Assembly: GCA_965153285.1 (NCBI GenBank) | Contig: OZ229117.1 | Source: Podarcis tiliguerta | Lineage: Eukaryota | Reading direction: 5' to 3' (one strand) | Length of the DNA stretch: 64,000 bases | Part shown: piece after piece, positions 48,950 to 61,150 of the stretch | How positions within the stretch are numbered: position 1 is the first letter of the stretch | How the letters are laid out: every line of letters starts with the position of its first letter | Made by a program: the position numbers and the translations under genes | The notes under the pieces: model-generated | The model's database searches: none | What the model was told of the DNA's origin: nothing | What the model saw: only the letters and a program-made list of their open reading frames with translations

Positions 48950-49172
48950 ACCACACTTCCTCTTGTCCTGCTTCTTTGCCCCAGAGAAAACCACTCTTTG
49001 CTGCTCTGTTGGAGCAAACAGCAATTTGGGTTTCTTTCCAGATTGACTTTTGTTCCAATTTAGAGCTGAAGAGCAGGTTTTTCCCTGGGGAAGGAGTGGG
49101 GCAAGGGGAAAACTGTTGGGATCTGTGCTTTCTAGACACAGGAGAAGGGACAAGTAGAAGTGTGGGCATCCC
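48950..49172. mobile_element. Harbinger-like MITE, family of 52959-53252
   Basis: CCACACTTCC...GAAGTGTGG inverted ends; internal AAAACCACTCTTT/AAGAGCAGGTTTT arms. Confidence 0.6.
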
Positions 49173-50259
49173 CTAAATTTCAGCTGAGCCTACTATTATT
49201 ACTTTCCTTGAAGATACCCTTATCTTATCTAAGGCTACAATTCCTTTTTATCTTTACTTAATGAAAGAGGAAGCTCTGAACGTAAAGCCTTTGTGTTCAG
49301 AATCTGGCTGTTCAATCAGATCGTTGCATTGGAATCAGGCTCTGGGAGGAAGACCTAAATTATCTTTAGAATTGTGCAAAACACTGGTGCAACTAAAAAT
49401 TCTCTTGCATAGCTATTGGTTCTCTGTGGCTTTTATAAAGCTGTTCCCCACCCCCTCCATTGCTAGTTTGAATAGCTGGCTATGTGGTGAAATCACAGTC
49501 AATTTTACCACAACTTCTTTTTTCTTTTGGACTATCTCAATCCTCCCAGAGCACAGTGGAGGAATGTGCATATTCTTCCAGTACAAAAATTGGTGAATTA
49601 CCAATTGAGTCTTTCTGGGGCTCTGATTCAAGCACTGTATGCAGGAAAGTCTGTTGTCTGCTAAAATTCAGTGCAGGTCGTCTACAGTTTTGGGTTTTTT
49701 GTTTTTGTTTTTGATCATAGTGGACCTTAGCTGATTGATGCAATTTGGTCAAGCCTTTTCAGGTAGAATCCATTCAGAATAATGGTACATCCATATGGGA
49801 ATGGGACCATACCACTTTACATTGGGTGGGTGTTACTCGTTTAAATGCTTCCCATTAATTTGTTTTTTGTTTTAAATTACACCCAAAAGAACCAGTCACC
49901 TTGTATTTAGAAAATTAGCACTTCGAGATTCACTGTTAGCTGTGCTCTTAATTCTAACACTTGAATGCTTTCCTCACTGAAGGCTTACAGTCGTAGACAG
50001 AGCTGACTTTTTTTACTCCCTAGCCCTATTTATTTATTAATAATTAGAAATTGTATTGGAAAAGGTAAACCTCCCCCACAATCTAGTTGTTTGAACATTA
50101 TAAGAATGTATTTGCTTTGTTGATAGCAACAGTATTTATAGTAAACAGAAAATGTCAGTATCTGTCTACTATTTAGGAATAAATAAATAGCATAAATGTA
50201 TTTATACTTCTGCACCAGCTTTGGTAGGCTTTCAAATCTCATTTCAGCACAACTTTTGA

Positions 50260-50274
50260 TGTGTGTGTGTGTGT

Positions 50275-50308
<34 letters not shown>
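50260..50308. repeat. (TG)n microsatellite
   Basis: Direct reading. Confidence 0.95.
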
Positions 50309-50310
<2 letters not shown>

Positions 50311-50584
50311 CTATAAGTGGATGCCATTACTGTTCTGTGATTTCATTCACACAGGATCTGATGTCTGGAACAGAATTTGGGATGTGACAAACCCTGCATT
50401 CATTTAAAACAAACAAATACCCTAGCAAGGTCTTAGTCCTTATTACTGAGAAGGACAGTTGTCACTCCCAACCAGCCCCAGGCAGCTGTTCAGGTTACTT
50501 CGATAAGAGCGCACTGGCTGATTTTTTCCTTTCCACTTTGGCAGTGGAATTGTTCCGTGTGCCTCAAATTATGTAACAGCTAAA

Positions 50585-50690
50585 GTGTTGTGCTGGGCTG
50601 GGAAACCAGGATTCAAATCCCCACTCGGCCATTATGGTCACTGGGTGGCCCTGGGCCAGCCTAACCTCACAGAGTTGTTAGAATGGCAAA
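50585..50690 (+). mobile_element. CORE SINE fragment
   Basis: GGATTCAAATCCCCACTCGGCC...CCTAACCTCACAGAGTTGTT. Confidence 0.65.
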
Positions 50691-51088
50691 ATTATATCTC
50701 AAGGTTAGTAAATTCCCATCTTCAGGTGGTAGAAAATAATATTCATATGGTTTTAGGGTCCTACTCCTGGATTGCTTCATTTGGTGTATTCTACAATATT
50801 TAGACTTCTGCACCAGCTTTGGTGGGCTTTCAAATCTCATTTCAGCACAACCACAAAAGCAAAGGAAGAGAATAAAAATTCCAAAATGCACAGTTGAACC
50901 AGCAAAAAGTCACAGACTAGCTTTCAAGTTCTCCAGCATTATGCAAAACACAAATCTCTCTCTCTTTAATATCACTGTACAACAACCAGTTTTAGGTGCT
51001 TGATTTTTTAATTTTAAAAATACTTATAATAATATCATCCTATCTAGTTCCCATTTAATACAGAATAAAGGACTTCCAGGGAGTCTTA

Positions 51089-51392
51089 AAATCATAGAAT
51101 TGTAGAGTTGGAACAGACCACAAGGGTCATCTAGTCCAACCCCTTGCAATGCAAGAATCTTAACTAAAGCATCCGTGATAGAAGGCCACCCAACCTCTGT
51201 TTAAAAACCTCCAGTGAAGGAGAGTCCACAACTTCCTGAGGGAATCGGTTCCACTGTTGTCAACAGCTCTTACCGTCAGAAAGCTCTTCCTGATGTTTAG
51301 TAGGAATCTCCCTTCTTGTAACTTGAAGCCATTGGTTTGAGTCCTACCCTCTGGAGCCAGAGAAAACAAGCTTGCTCTATCTTCCATGTGAG
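51089..51392 (-). mobile_element. CR1 LINE 3' end
   Basis: AATCATAGAATTGTAGAGTTGGAA terminus; peptide EGRTQTNGFKLQEGRFLLNIRKSFLTVRAV. Confidence 0.88.
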
Positions 51393-52569
51393 CAGAGTTC
51401 ATTTTAACAGGATGCATTTGGCATCAAGACTTCCCAGGAACTCTGCCCTCCCGATTCCTGATAAATGGGAGTTGGCTACGATTACGCAGTGTGTAGGGAA
51501 GGCATTCTGTGCCTGTTTGGACACTCTCCTCTTGTTGTTCCACACTCTGTAAGGCTGAGACCTGACACTGGAAGCTGACTCGGTTTTCAACTCTGCCACC
51601 TTTTTGTAGAATCTAATCCCAGGATTAATTTATACAAATTAGTGAAAGATCTGCATTAAGGACTGTTAAGTAATGCAAAGGCTAGTAGCTGCCTGTTTGA
51701 AGTCCTATTAAATTAAAATCTCCTCTGTTTTCCTAGTGTTTTATTGTGAAGGGTTAGATGCTAATGTGACTGCTTGAAAACAGATAACTTAGCCAATGTG
51801 TGTCTAAATTGCTGGAGTTCCTGTTGGGATCTATTGGATTTACAGTAATCTTTAATTAGAAAAAGTGTAATTACTTTAGGATGGATTATCTGTGTTGCTG
51901 TCCGTTTCGTAGTGTTGCCTAGTAACCTCTTTTGGTGTGTTGGGTCTGTTCCACCCGCTTCCAGCTTTTAAATTACAGGGAGTAAAAGTCTGCAGTGGTT
52001 TAATGCTTGCCTGGCTGAGCAAAACCTTTTAGTCAAATGTCACTTTTCTTTTAATATAATGATCACAGGCAGCCTTGGAAATTGTGTCGCAAACCCAAAG
52101 AGCCTTCAAGGCTTGCATGTGTCCACCAGTACATGGCCTGTCCATGAGACACCTATCTGGACATGTTTTCTCCTGGGCTTCTTGGGGTCTCTAGTCAAGG
52201 GTAGATTCAGAGGATGGCTCTAGAGTATCAAGGACCAACCTCTGTGTTCTTGGGCGGGACTGCATTCTTCTTTTAAATGGCAGATCGTAATTATGCAGAA
52301 CAAGAGAGAAATATACCTCGACGATGCCAAAACTGAGAAAGGTTTTATTGCAGAGTTGCCAGATGTGTTTTGACATGATTGCTTTTATCAAGGGCTTTTG
52401 CTATGCAAGTTCTTTTGTAACAGGGGTTTCTTGGGTCACAGCTCTGCTATCCAAGACACTTTCAGTGGCAATGTCAATGATAGATCCTTGGAGTCATGTA
52501 CATGCAAAGTTTGTGCTTTATTACCAAGCCATGGACTCTCCTCTGAAGCAGTAGCTGCATTCAGTAAGA

Positions 52570-52740
52570 GCAAGAAGAAGAGCCCAGATGGTTCAGGCCA
52601 AAGGCCCACCTAGTCTTGTGCTCACAGTGGCCATCCAGAAGCGCATGGAAAGCACACATTCAGAACCTGAGCACAACAGCACTCTCCTCCCTTTTGATAC
52701 CCGGCAACTTGTATTCAGAGGTGGGCTGCCTCCAACACTG
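52570..52740 (-). mobile_element. CR1 3' UTR fragment
   Basis: TCAGGCCAAAGGCCCACCTAGTC...CTCACAGTGGCCA; same family as 4122. Confidence 0.7.
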
Positions 52741-52958
52741 TGCTGTGAGCTCGGGGCTGGGGTTGCAGTTGCTGTCAGATGACGAGGACACTCAACAGGG
52801 AGCAGAATGAGAAAGAGGCCAGGGAAGGGGAGGCAGTCCCACTGGCTCTTGTCCTGCAGCTGGAGGATGAGCCCAGGGTCTGACCCCCACCCCATTGCCA
52901 ATAAGTTTGTGCTGCCTCCACAGCTGAGTACAGAGGCACACCCCATGGAGAAGTCTCA

Positions 52959-53252
52959 GGGCTTTATCCACACTTACCCCTTGTCCCATTTAAAAACTCT
53001 GTGTCCAAGCATTTTTTGTTTTAGTTTGTTTTGTCATGGAGCTTTCCCAGTGAAAACCTGCTCTTTAGTGCTCAATCAGAGCAAACATAAATTTGGGTTT
53101 TCTTTGGATGGTTGTTTTCTCCAATTGAGCTTTAAGGAGCAGGTTTTCAGAGAGGGGAATCTAAGGTAAAATGGGGGGGCACGCAGACACTGAGCTTCAA
53201 GGCATGGACCATGCCTTGAAAGAGCAGAGGAAAGGTAAGTGTGAATAAGCCT
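52959..53252. mobile_element. PIF/Harbinger MITE
   Basis: TIR GGGCTTTATCCACACTTACC/GGTAAGTGTGAATAAGCCT; 3-bp TSD TCA. Confidence 0.8.
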
Positions 53253-56200
53253 TCATAGGGAGAAAGTGAGCCCACCACATCTCACCCTTAAAAAGCTAGC
53301 GGGAGGTATTTGGCTGTCGAGACATCTTTTCAGCTGGTCTCAGGGTCCCTTGATGTTGCTGTCAAACTCTCTAGCTCGATCTTGGGTGATCTGTACCTGT
53401 AGCCTGATCTGTACCATTGCAAACCTTGAATAAAGCTTTCAATCCACTTTATCCACATGCCACATAGAAGGGGGAAAGTTATGTGTCAAGACCCAACCAG
53501 ATGTTGCTAATTTGCTGCATGTGTCCTGCTGCTGTGTGGATATTGAGCAGCTGCTTGGTGCTGTTGTCGCCTGTAGGAGTATGCAGAGGAGAAGCAGGGT
53601 GAGCATATTTCCGTGCTTAGGTGAAATGGACCCTCAAGTCATCAGAGGATGGGTAAAAGTGGTTTTCTTAATTTTGGTTGTGCTTCTGAAAAAATATAGG
53701 GGAAAAGGCCATTGAGTTGGCATTGGTTCTTTTCCCCGTTTTCTAATTTACACAGCCTGGGTGTGTAAAGATAGTTGAATAGTGTGGTGTTTTAAAAAAT
53801 ACAATGCATCCTGAGATCTTACTGTGGAAGCAACTAAAAATGCAGCAACCAAAAGTAGTACAGTCCAGAATAAGCTCCTTTAGTCACTTTGATTTTGTGG
53901 TAAAGCTCACATTTTACCCCTGCTGATAGCTTAGGCCGTTGCAAATAAGTCTAACCAAAGGATTCCAGTGTTTAACTCCTCCATGTATCAGATTAGACCT
54001 ATACAATATGCTTTTAGATGCATCTCCACAGTAAGCCGTTTCTTTGATAAAGAATTTAGCGCCGACCCGGTTTCTTTATCGCATGCCCCAAGGGCCTCCC
54101 TTCTATGCATTAGCGGCTTGCCTTCCTCACACCAGGAGCAGGGTAATTTAATTGCTTTGAATTCTGGTTAACTTTAAGCCATTTCAGTTGTCTCATCATA
54201 AGTAACCATGATTTCCCTCGAAAACAGTGGGAACGGCACAAAGCTCTTGCTTTGAAACATTAGGCTTTATAATTTTGGAGGAATGGGAATTGTAACTGAT
54301 GCACTCGTCAAGTGATTTAAAATAGTACGTAGCCTGTGAAGTTAAGTGTATTGTGGGAAATGAGTAGCCTGCATGCAGTGTCAAGGTTTCTTGACTCCCA
54401 TTTGGCTCTTTGTAGCATCCCAGGACCCACCTCCATGATGCCCCCCCCCCAAAAAAAAACATCTGTTGCTAGGGCTATTCTACCTCCCTTGCCTCTTTCC
54501 TTGGAGCTGCCAGAAACCTGTTTGCTCTGCCTCGTCCTTGTCTTCCCCTCCTCCCTTCTTGGGCTCCAACTAAATGAGCTCCTTCTCTCCTTGCAGCTGA
54601 TCCCTTTCATCTTTACTTTCTGGGACCCATCCTACCCCCTTCCCTACCATATTTCCCCTGTGCTTCATTCCCAGCCCATTCTCTTGGGTTAAGGAAGAGT
54701 AAGCAAGCAACTCCTTTCCCGAGGCAGCCACAAGATATTTGACTATTTCCAGGATTATTTGGGTGCAAATATATCAGGCAGTATCTTTGAAACCACCACC
54801 TAGTTCCTGCTTACCCTTACTGGAAAAACAGTGAAAGGGATAGAGGGCTGTATTAACAGCAGCAGAGAGGGTGAGTATGTGGTATTTGGCTGCTTGGTGT
54901 TCATGGTCATGCCTCTTGACCAAGCGCTGAATCCATACAAAGCTTATTCTGCCTTTGGACTGTATCCAGCAACTTGGATTCTAATCACTAGCTACCAAAG
55001 TAGAGTATGTTAAGATTTGATCAGGGGCCTTCTGAGTTGTGGTTTTTAAAAGAGCCATCCTCTTCCAGCCCCTAAAGCTCTGTAATAAATCAATGAAAAC
55101 TGGGTTATCTGGAACAGCCTGAATAATTTTTGCCACTAATAAACACTTGCAGTCAATATTCTTGTAGCAGGGATGCAAGGGGAGCACGGGACAAAGAAAG
55201 AAAAGAAAAGATGTTGAAATATGCGGACTGCACACAATCGTAAGAGTATAAGAAGTGTAAATGTAATGGTTGTTGCTCACCAGAGAACACATTTGGCTCT
55301 CTGGTGTCACTAGGCAACATGCTGAAAGCAATCCATCCTCCCTGTGAATCTAAGCACAGAAAGGGAGAATAAGTGTAAGAGTTTCAGGCACTGTGGTCAG
55401 AGCATCCGACCAATGAGTTGCTTCTCTCCTCTCCTCTCTTTTTATTTTATTTTAATGCTAACAACATGATAAATTTAGCCTCATTTCCCATTTGGTTGGC
55501 AAAAGATCAAACATGAAGAAAAACTGTTTTAGGTTGCTGGTCTGAAATATTGCTGCTGAATACATTTTGGGTGGACCACACTGTTGCCTTACTGGGCACA
55601 AGCACCCTTTTGATGGGCGGTTTTAATTTGTAGGAGGGTGTGCTTCTCATACAAACAAACAATATTTGCCCTGAGATCTAGCCACTTAAAACTGTGATTC
55701 CTGTTCTTGCTTAACATTAACCACGGGTAACGTCTCTCTGTGCTGGCCAAATGCTTAACCGCACCCCAGAGAGGGCAGGGAGTATACTTTGCTGATTTGC
55801 TTCTCCAACCCGTTGGCAGCAAATGGGTGTTACAGCTGCAGAAGTTCACAGTATGCAAAATTGCAAAATGTCTGATTAACCTCATTTTCATGATTAAGTA
55901 GCACTGTTGCACTGATTGTACTACTCTGAAGTAGTTATCCTCAGATTTGGGGGACCCCGCCTTCTTCATTTTCGATGAATGGAGCTGAAAATCACAAAAC
56001 TATATTACTTACCTTTCTCACTGATTCCAGTCCTCCAGAATTTGGGATTTTTCAAGGGTTGGGGGGTGGTGGTCTGCAGCAAAGGTAACTTCCTCCCCTA
56101 CTGCTGTATGACTTGCCTGATGATGTTTCTTGTTTACATTTAATAGGTGTGGTGTATAAATAAGCAAAAGATGAAGTAAAACCTGCCATGCAATCAAATA

Positions 56201-56699
56201 CTTCCAGTTGATTGATCAGCTGGCTCAGTCTAATCAGTTGACTGGACTAAATGTATGAATCTGCTACCTAAGTCTCAACACTGGCACCTTTTTAGAGGTT
56301 ACTGAAGGAAGGTTGTGGTGTCGCTTCTGTTGAGTTAATTTACAATTTTAATAAACGAATGCTCACACTTTCTTTTTTCAGGTATAGAGGAATCTGGAAT
56401 ACAGAGTAGTCCCTATGAGAGTAACACACAAGGAGCCAAATGGCCTAAAAACAACAAATGTGGTTAGTTTTGTGACAGACTCTGATTCAAAATATTTATT
56501 TTTTATTACTTTCATTTTTAAAAAAGAACATCCATAAGATTCAAAAGATTTCTTGGCACTGTTTTCAACTGAATTTTGATAGCGTCTGTCATCCGTGGTT
56601 CTTAGTGGTAGAAAAGAGGCCATATTAGTTTAACTGTATATCTGCCAGCTTTCAATAGGAACTGGAAGAAAAATGTGTTTCTTAGTAGAATTCAGCATA

Positions 56700-56900
56700 A
56701 TACTAAGTCATTGGTTCTGTTAGCGCAATGGAAAATTCTTCCCCAGTCTTCCTCTGCCCCCCAAATTTGCCTTAGGGGTCTCTACAACCCCCTGGAGCAA
56801 ATTGGGGGGGGGGGACAGGAGAGGAGAGGAGAGGGAGGGAAGTCCTGCTGTGCAAGTGGGAGTTATTCTGCTTCTGCAGCTATTTAGCTGTGTACTGCCC
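56700..56900. mobile_element. Palindromic MITE
   Basis: CCCCCCAAATTTGC/GCAAATTGGGGGG arms. Confidence 0.55.
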
Positions 56901-56951
56901 AATGTGTTTGCCATTAATTTTGGTACAGCAGGTGGGGAAGGCAGTGACTTT

Positions 56952-56986
56952 AATAATAATAAGAAGAAGAAGAAGGAGAAGAAGAA

Positions 56987-57017
<31 letters not shown>

Positions 57018-57168
57018 TTGTTGTTTATTTATTTATATGTCGCCCATCTGACTGGGTTATCCCAGCCACTCTGGGTGGCTTCCAACAAATTAAGACGCAG
57101 TAAGACATCAAACATTAAAACCTTCTCTATGCAGGGCTGCCTTCAGATGTCTTCTAAAAGTCAGATAG
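56952..57168 (-). mobile_element. L2 3' end with expanded (AAT)/(AAG)n tail
   Basis: (AAG)n 56960-57017 abuts TTTATTTATTTATATGTCGCCCATCTG...GGGCTGCCTTCAGATGTCTTCTAAA. Confidence 0.7.
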
Positions 57169-57176
57169 CAAGGCAC

Positions 57177-57202
57177 GTGTGTGTGTGTGTGTGTGTGTGT
57201 GT
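57177..57202. repeat. (TG)n microsatellite
   Basis: Direct reading. Confidence 0.9.
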
Positions 57203-57874
57203 TTGGGTGTTTGGATGCCTGTGCTAATTAACGTGAGTGCTGCCAGATGCTAGTAACGCTGGGTTTTGGAAACTATACAGCTGGAGAGAGAAGCACAACC
57301 CACACACAGAAATTGGGAACTCTAGAAATCTTGGATGTGAGAAGCCTGGCTCCTCCTCAGACTGACCATGCCCTGGGAAACGTGCATAGGAAAACAGGAA
57401 GGATCCTTATCAATGAATTCATTCACAAGGTTGTGTAAATAAGATGAATAACCTCTTAATGCCATGTTAGGTAACGGGAGGCCCACAGTTCATATTTTAA
57501 GTCCTGGCTGATTGGGCACCCAGCTGAAATTAGAAGGCTGCTAAATTGGTTTGGGCTTAGACTGAAATGGTATATTCGTGGCAAAAATGGGGCTCCCCAT
57601 CCCTTTGTTTCCCATTGACTTGAAAAATAGTTGTGAACCCAGCCATCCACCCTGGTTCTCACCCAGGGCACAAACAAATTCACAGGTCACCCCAAAGTCT
57701 CTCACAAGAAAGAAGATTCCCTAGTCTCCTGCTCTAGGGTTCATGAGCTGGCACCAAGGTCTGATAGTTTCCCTAGGCTGAATGAGTTTCACTACATTGT
57801 CTGAGCATGAAGTAAGCTTGCGTGACAGGTACTTGTTGCACCAGGGTTAGCTAATCATTGGTCCTTCAGGTTTT

Positions 57875-58140
57875 TTGATGGCCACCAACTTGGATGGTTT
57901 TAAAAGAGGATTAGACAAACTCACGGAGGATAAGGCTGTCAGGGGGATGGCTGGGTTCTGCCTCCACTGCTGCAGTATGCCTCTGAATACTAATTGCTGA
58001 GAATCACGAGTAGCGAGAGTGCTGTTGTGTTGAGGTCCTTCTTGAGAGCTTCCCAGAGGAGGCATCTGGTTGGCCACTGTGAGAATGTGGTTCTGGACTA
58101 GATGAGCCATTGGCCAGATGCAGCAGCATTTTCTTAAGTT
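57875..58140 (+). mobile_element. CR1 3' end
   Basis: GATGGCCACCAACTTGGATGGTTTTAAAAGAGGATTAGACAAA...GGACTAGATGAGCCATTGGCC. Confidence 0.8.
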
Positions 58141-58999
58141 TGTATGAGAAGGGCATTCAAACATTCTTGCAGATGCATAGAACCCCGTACATGCTGTTGT
58201 GAGTTTTTGATGGCAATTGTGCCAAAAAATGGAATTTTTAATTGGGCTAGTGAATGCATTTTTTAATTGTACCCCTGGCTGCAGACTAAGCTTGCTTGAG
58301 GATTGTGACCTTAGAAAGCTCTGAGAAATAGGTAGCCTTGGATTGCATTTTTCAAAAGTGAGAGGCCTTGTTTAGGGAAAAGCCTGGCAACTGACCAGTT
58401 CTAGTCTCTTAAGGGTGGATATTTGTCATTTTCACTTCCCCTGCCAGCTGGAGTCAAGTGTGCGAAGGGAAAGCAAAAAAGTTATGTTTGTACATACGTG
58501 TCAATGACCCCATGCCTCAGAGTCTTTCCCGGAAGGCCAGTTTGATGATTTCTTGGAAGTCTCTCCCAAACCATGCCCTTTGGAGTTGGAGAATTTATTT
58601 TGCCATAAGGAATCTTTTAGGAAGGCATGACAAAGACAGCTTTTTCTGAGATGTGGAAAGAGAAATTTTAATATATATATATATTTCCTACACTACACTC
58701 CTCTTTAGCAGCTCCTCCTGGCTTCTGTGAAAGGCTTCCTCTGGTCTCCCAGCCAAGCATAGATCAGGTCCACATAACATATAAGCAAGAGACAAACAAT
58801 AGCTTTTAAGAAAGGGACTTTGAGTGAGGTTTTGCTTCACACCACCCTTTTGTCTCCTCTAGTTATACAGGGTTTTGAAACAATACAAAATCTTGTTCAA
58901 CAGAAGAGAAATTAGCTTGGGTAGACATAGCTTGGGCAGCCATCGTTCTTCCATCTTCTACTCCAACCATCTGTTGTCATCTCTAACCATCTGTTGGAG

Positions 59000-59778
59000 A
59001 AGGGCCATAGTTCAGTGGAAGAGCATCTGCTTTGCAAGCAGAAGGTCACAGGTTCAATCCCTGGCATCTCCTGGTAGGGCTGGGAGACACCCTTGTCTGT
59101 GTTGCATAGCCAGCCTCATATAAACAACATGATTAAGTCTAATTAATGCATTAAGGGGTTAATACCATAGAGTAAGCTGTCCTACCAGGTTTACTTATGT
59201 CCACTTCCCCTCACCTTGGGAAGAAATGGGCAATCAAGCATTTGTTCTTAGCCTATCTGAGAAGCTCAAGAGGCTTGAGCTGGTTGCTCTAGCTCAGACT
59301 GCATGGCTCCCCCAAGCCACTCTTTGACTTCCTATACCAATAATTTAGGAACTTTCACCACTTTATAACTAAGTCAAGTTTTACTCCCTGTGCAACTTTC
59401 TGAAGCTTGTGATTCTGACCTTTGGAGAGTTTGTAAGTAAACCATTTTTAACTTAACAAATGTGTGATCTTTCTCTGTGCCAGAGCAAGTGGAAAACTTT
59501 GGAAGGAACTTGGAGGGCATATTTTAAAGGTCGGAAAGTCTATATTTCTACTTTACTTTGCTGCATATTTTTGTGATTTTAAATCAATGCTGACGCTTTG
59601 TCAACAAAAAGCACTTGCCCCAAACCTGGATCTTGGCAACAAGGGAATTCTCCTTCCTTTACATATATTTTGAACCAACAGTCTGAACCCCTGAAGAGCT
59701 GCTACCAGTCAGTGTAGTTAATAACTGAGCTTGGTAGACCCAAGGGTCTGAATTGGTGTAAGGCGGCTTTCTATATTT
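59000..59778 (+). mobile_element. tRNA-derived SINE split by a solo LTR (halves 59000-59099 and 59681-59778)
   Basis: Head GGGCCATAGTTCAGTGG...GGTTCAATCCCTGGCATCTCC; body resumes GTCTGAACCCCTGAAGAGCTGCTACCAGTCAGTGTAG after the insertion. Confidence 0.85.
59100..59680 (+). mobile_element. Solo LTR (581 bp)
   Basis: TGTTG...CAACA termini; perfect 5-bp TSD GTCTG (59095-59099, 59681-59685). CCAAT 59337, TATAA 59364 and AGTAAA 59436 suggest + orientation. Confidence 0.85.
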
Positions 59779-60041
59779 CTATTTTATCTCCAACCACAGC
59801 TTCAGAACCAATGTTCCCACATCTTTCGTGGCTCCAAATTTACCTCCAGATTGATGACATTGCAAGCTAACACATGTTTGAGCTGTGCTTGTATCACCCA
59901 GTTCATTTTTTAAAAAAAATTATGGACTTTTAGATTTGGAAAAACCTCTGTGCACATGGCACATTTCCCTCAGGATTGGGCATAAGGCGAACTCAAACGA
60001 TATAGCAAAGTTTGACCACAATGCCTCACTTTGAGAAATTA

Positions 60042-60263
60042 CAGTGGTACCTCTGCTTACAAACTTAATTTGTTCCAGAGGTCCGTTCTTAACCTGAAAC
60101 CGTTCTTAACCTGAGGTACCACTAGCTAATGGGGTCTCCCACTGCTGCCGCCGCTGCCGCGCGATTTCTGTTCTCATCCTGAGGTAAAGTTCTTAACCCA
60201 AGGTACTACTTCCGGGTTAGTAGAGTCTATAACCCGAGGTGTTTGTAGCCTGAGGTACCACTG
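60042..60263. mobile_element. Tc1/mariner MITE
   Basis: TIR CAGTGGTACCTC/GAGGTACCACTG; TA TSD. Confidence 0.92.
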
Positions 60264-60814
60264 TACCCCTTTGGCCTTTTCTCAGAACAAGGCAAGGATG
60301 GTGTGGAAAGGGAAGCAGAGAGTTAGCATAGCCATTACTAATCAACTGGCAAAATTATAAAAATTAAGGGGTTAGAGCAGCAAGTGACACAGAAGAAGTG
60401 GGTGGCAGAGACAGCAGCAACTCAGGTGGCAAAGTCTTTTGTGCCAGCCCAGCCATCTGGATGTGTTCATTTTAAATTTATCAGTAAGGCCTGGAACTGT
60501 GTCTCATGTCAGCACTATTTGCCTTAGTTCCTCAGCCTTCATGTCCATCTTATAAGATTTCCAGAGGCATCTAGTTGGCCACTGTGGGAGATATGATGCT
60601 TGGTAAGATGCAGCTTTGATCCAGTTCAGCAGGGCTCTCCTTAGGCTATGCCTCAGCCTTGTACAAATGTGATTAGGGATGCCAGAGAAATCCTATGGTC
60701 AGGAACAGAAATCAGTCAAGTGAATAGGATTCATTCACAGTGTTGTTTGCAGATTTAAAAACTATATGCAATTAATGACTTTTTTTTAAAAGATGATTCC
60801 CTAACTTTGAAATT

Positions 60815-60873
60815 GTTGTTGTTGTTCAGTCGTGTCTGACTCTTCATGACGCCATGGACCAGAGCACGCCAGC
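60815..60873 (-). mobile_element. 5'-truncated BovB (RTE) or Sauria SINE 3' end
   Basis: (GTT)n-CAGTCGTGTCTGACTCTTCATGACGCCATGGAC; perfect 11-bp TSD ACTTTGAAATT (60804-60814, 60874-60884). Confidence 0.88.
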
Positions 60874-61150
60874 ACTTTGAAATTAATGTTATGCAAATTA
60901 CATTAAATACTGGGCAGTGAGATGTATAACATAGTATGTGGCAGAAACTGAACTGCAGCTGAATGGAAATGGCACTGATTATGACAAGTAGATTAGAACA
61001 GAAATTCCTGCCTTCTTACATCAATACCAGTCACCTTGCCTTTTCTGTCTGCCTTCTAATCTGTCTTTCAGTGTGGCAATTCATAAGGGCTATGGATGCA
61101 GCAGTCTAATATCCAGATAACCATTAAATGTCTTTCTCTTTTTCTTGCAG

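Larger units (their letters stand above)
15227..61150 (+). other. MAN1C1: MAN1C1 intron 1 (45,924 nt, GT-AG, phase 0)
   Basis: Defined by the exon 1 donor and exon 2 acceptor; splicing gives continuous ...LKLKE|MMKFAW... Confidence 0.92.

Noticed and set aside
52741-53500. Possible third LTR around the Harbinger MITE (AATAAA near 53428)
   Set aside because: Could not define a 3' CA terminus with a matching TSD.
56802-57227. Poly-Lys ORF
   Set aside because: Translation of the (AAG)n tract, L2 tail and (TG)n.
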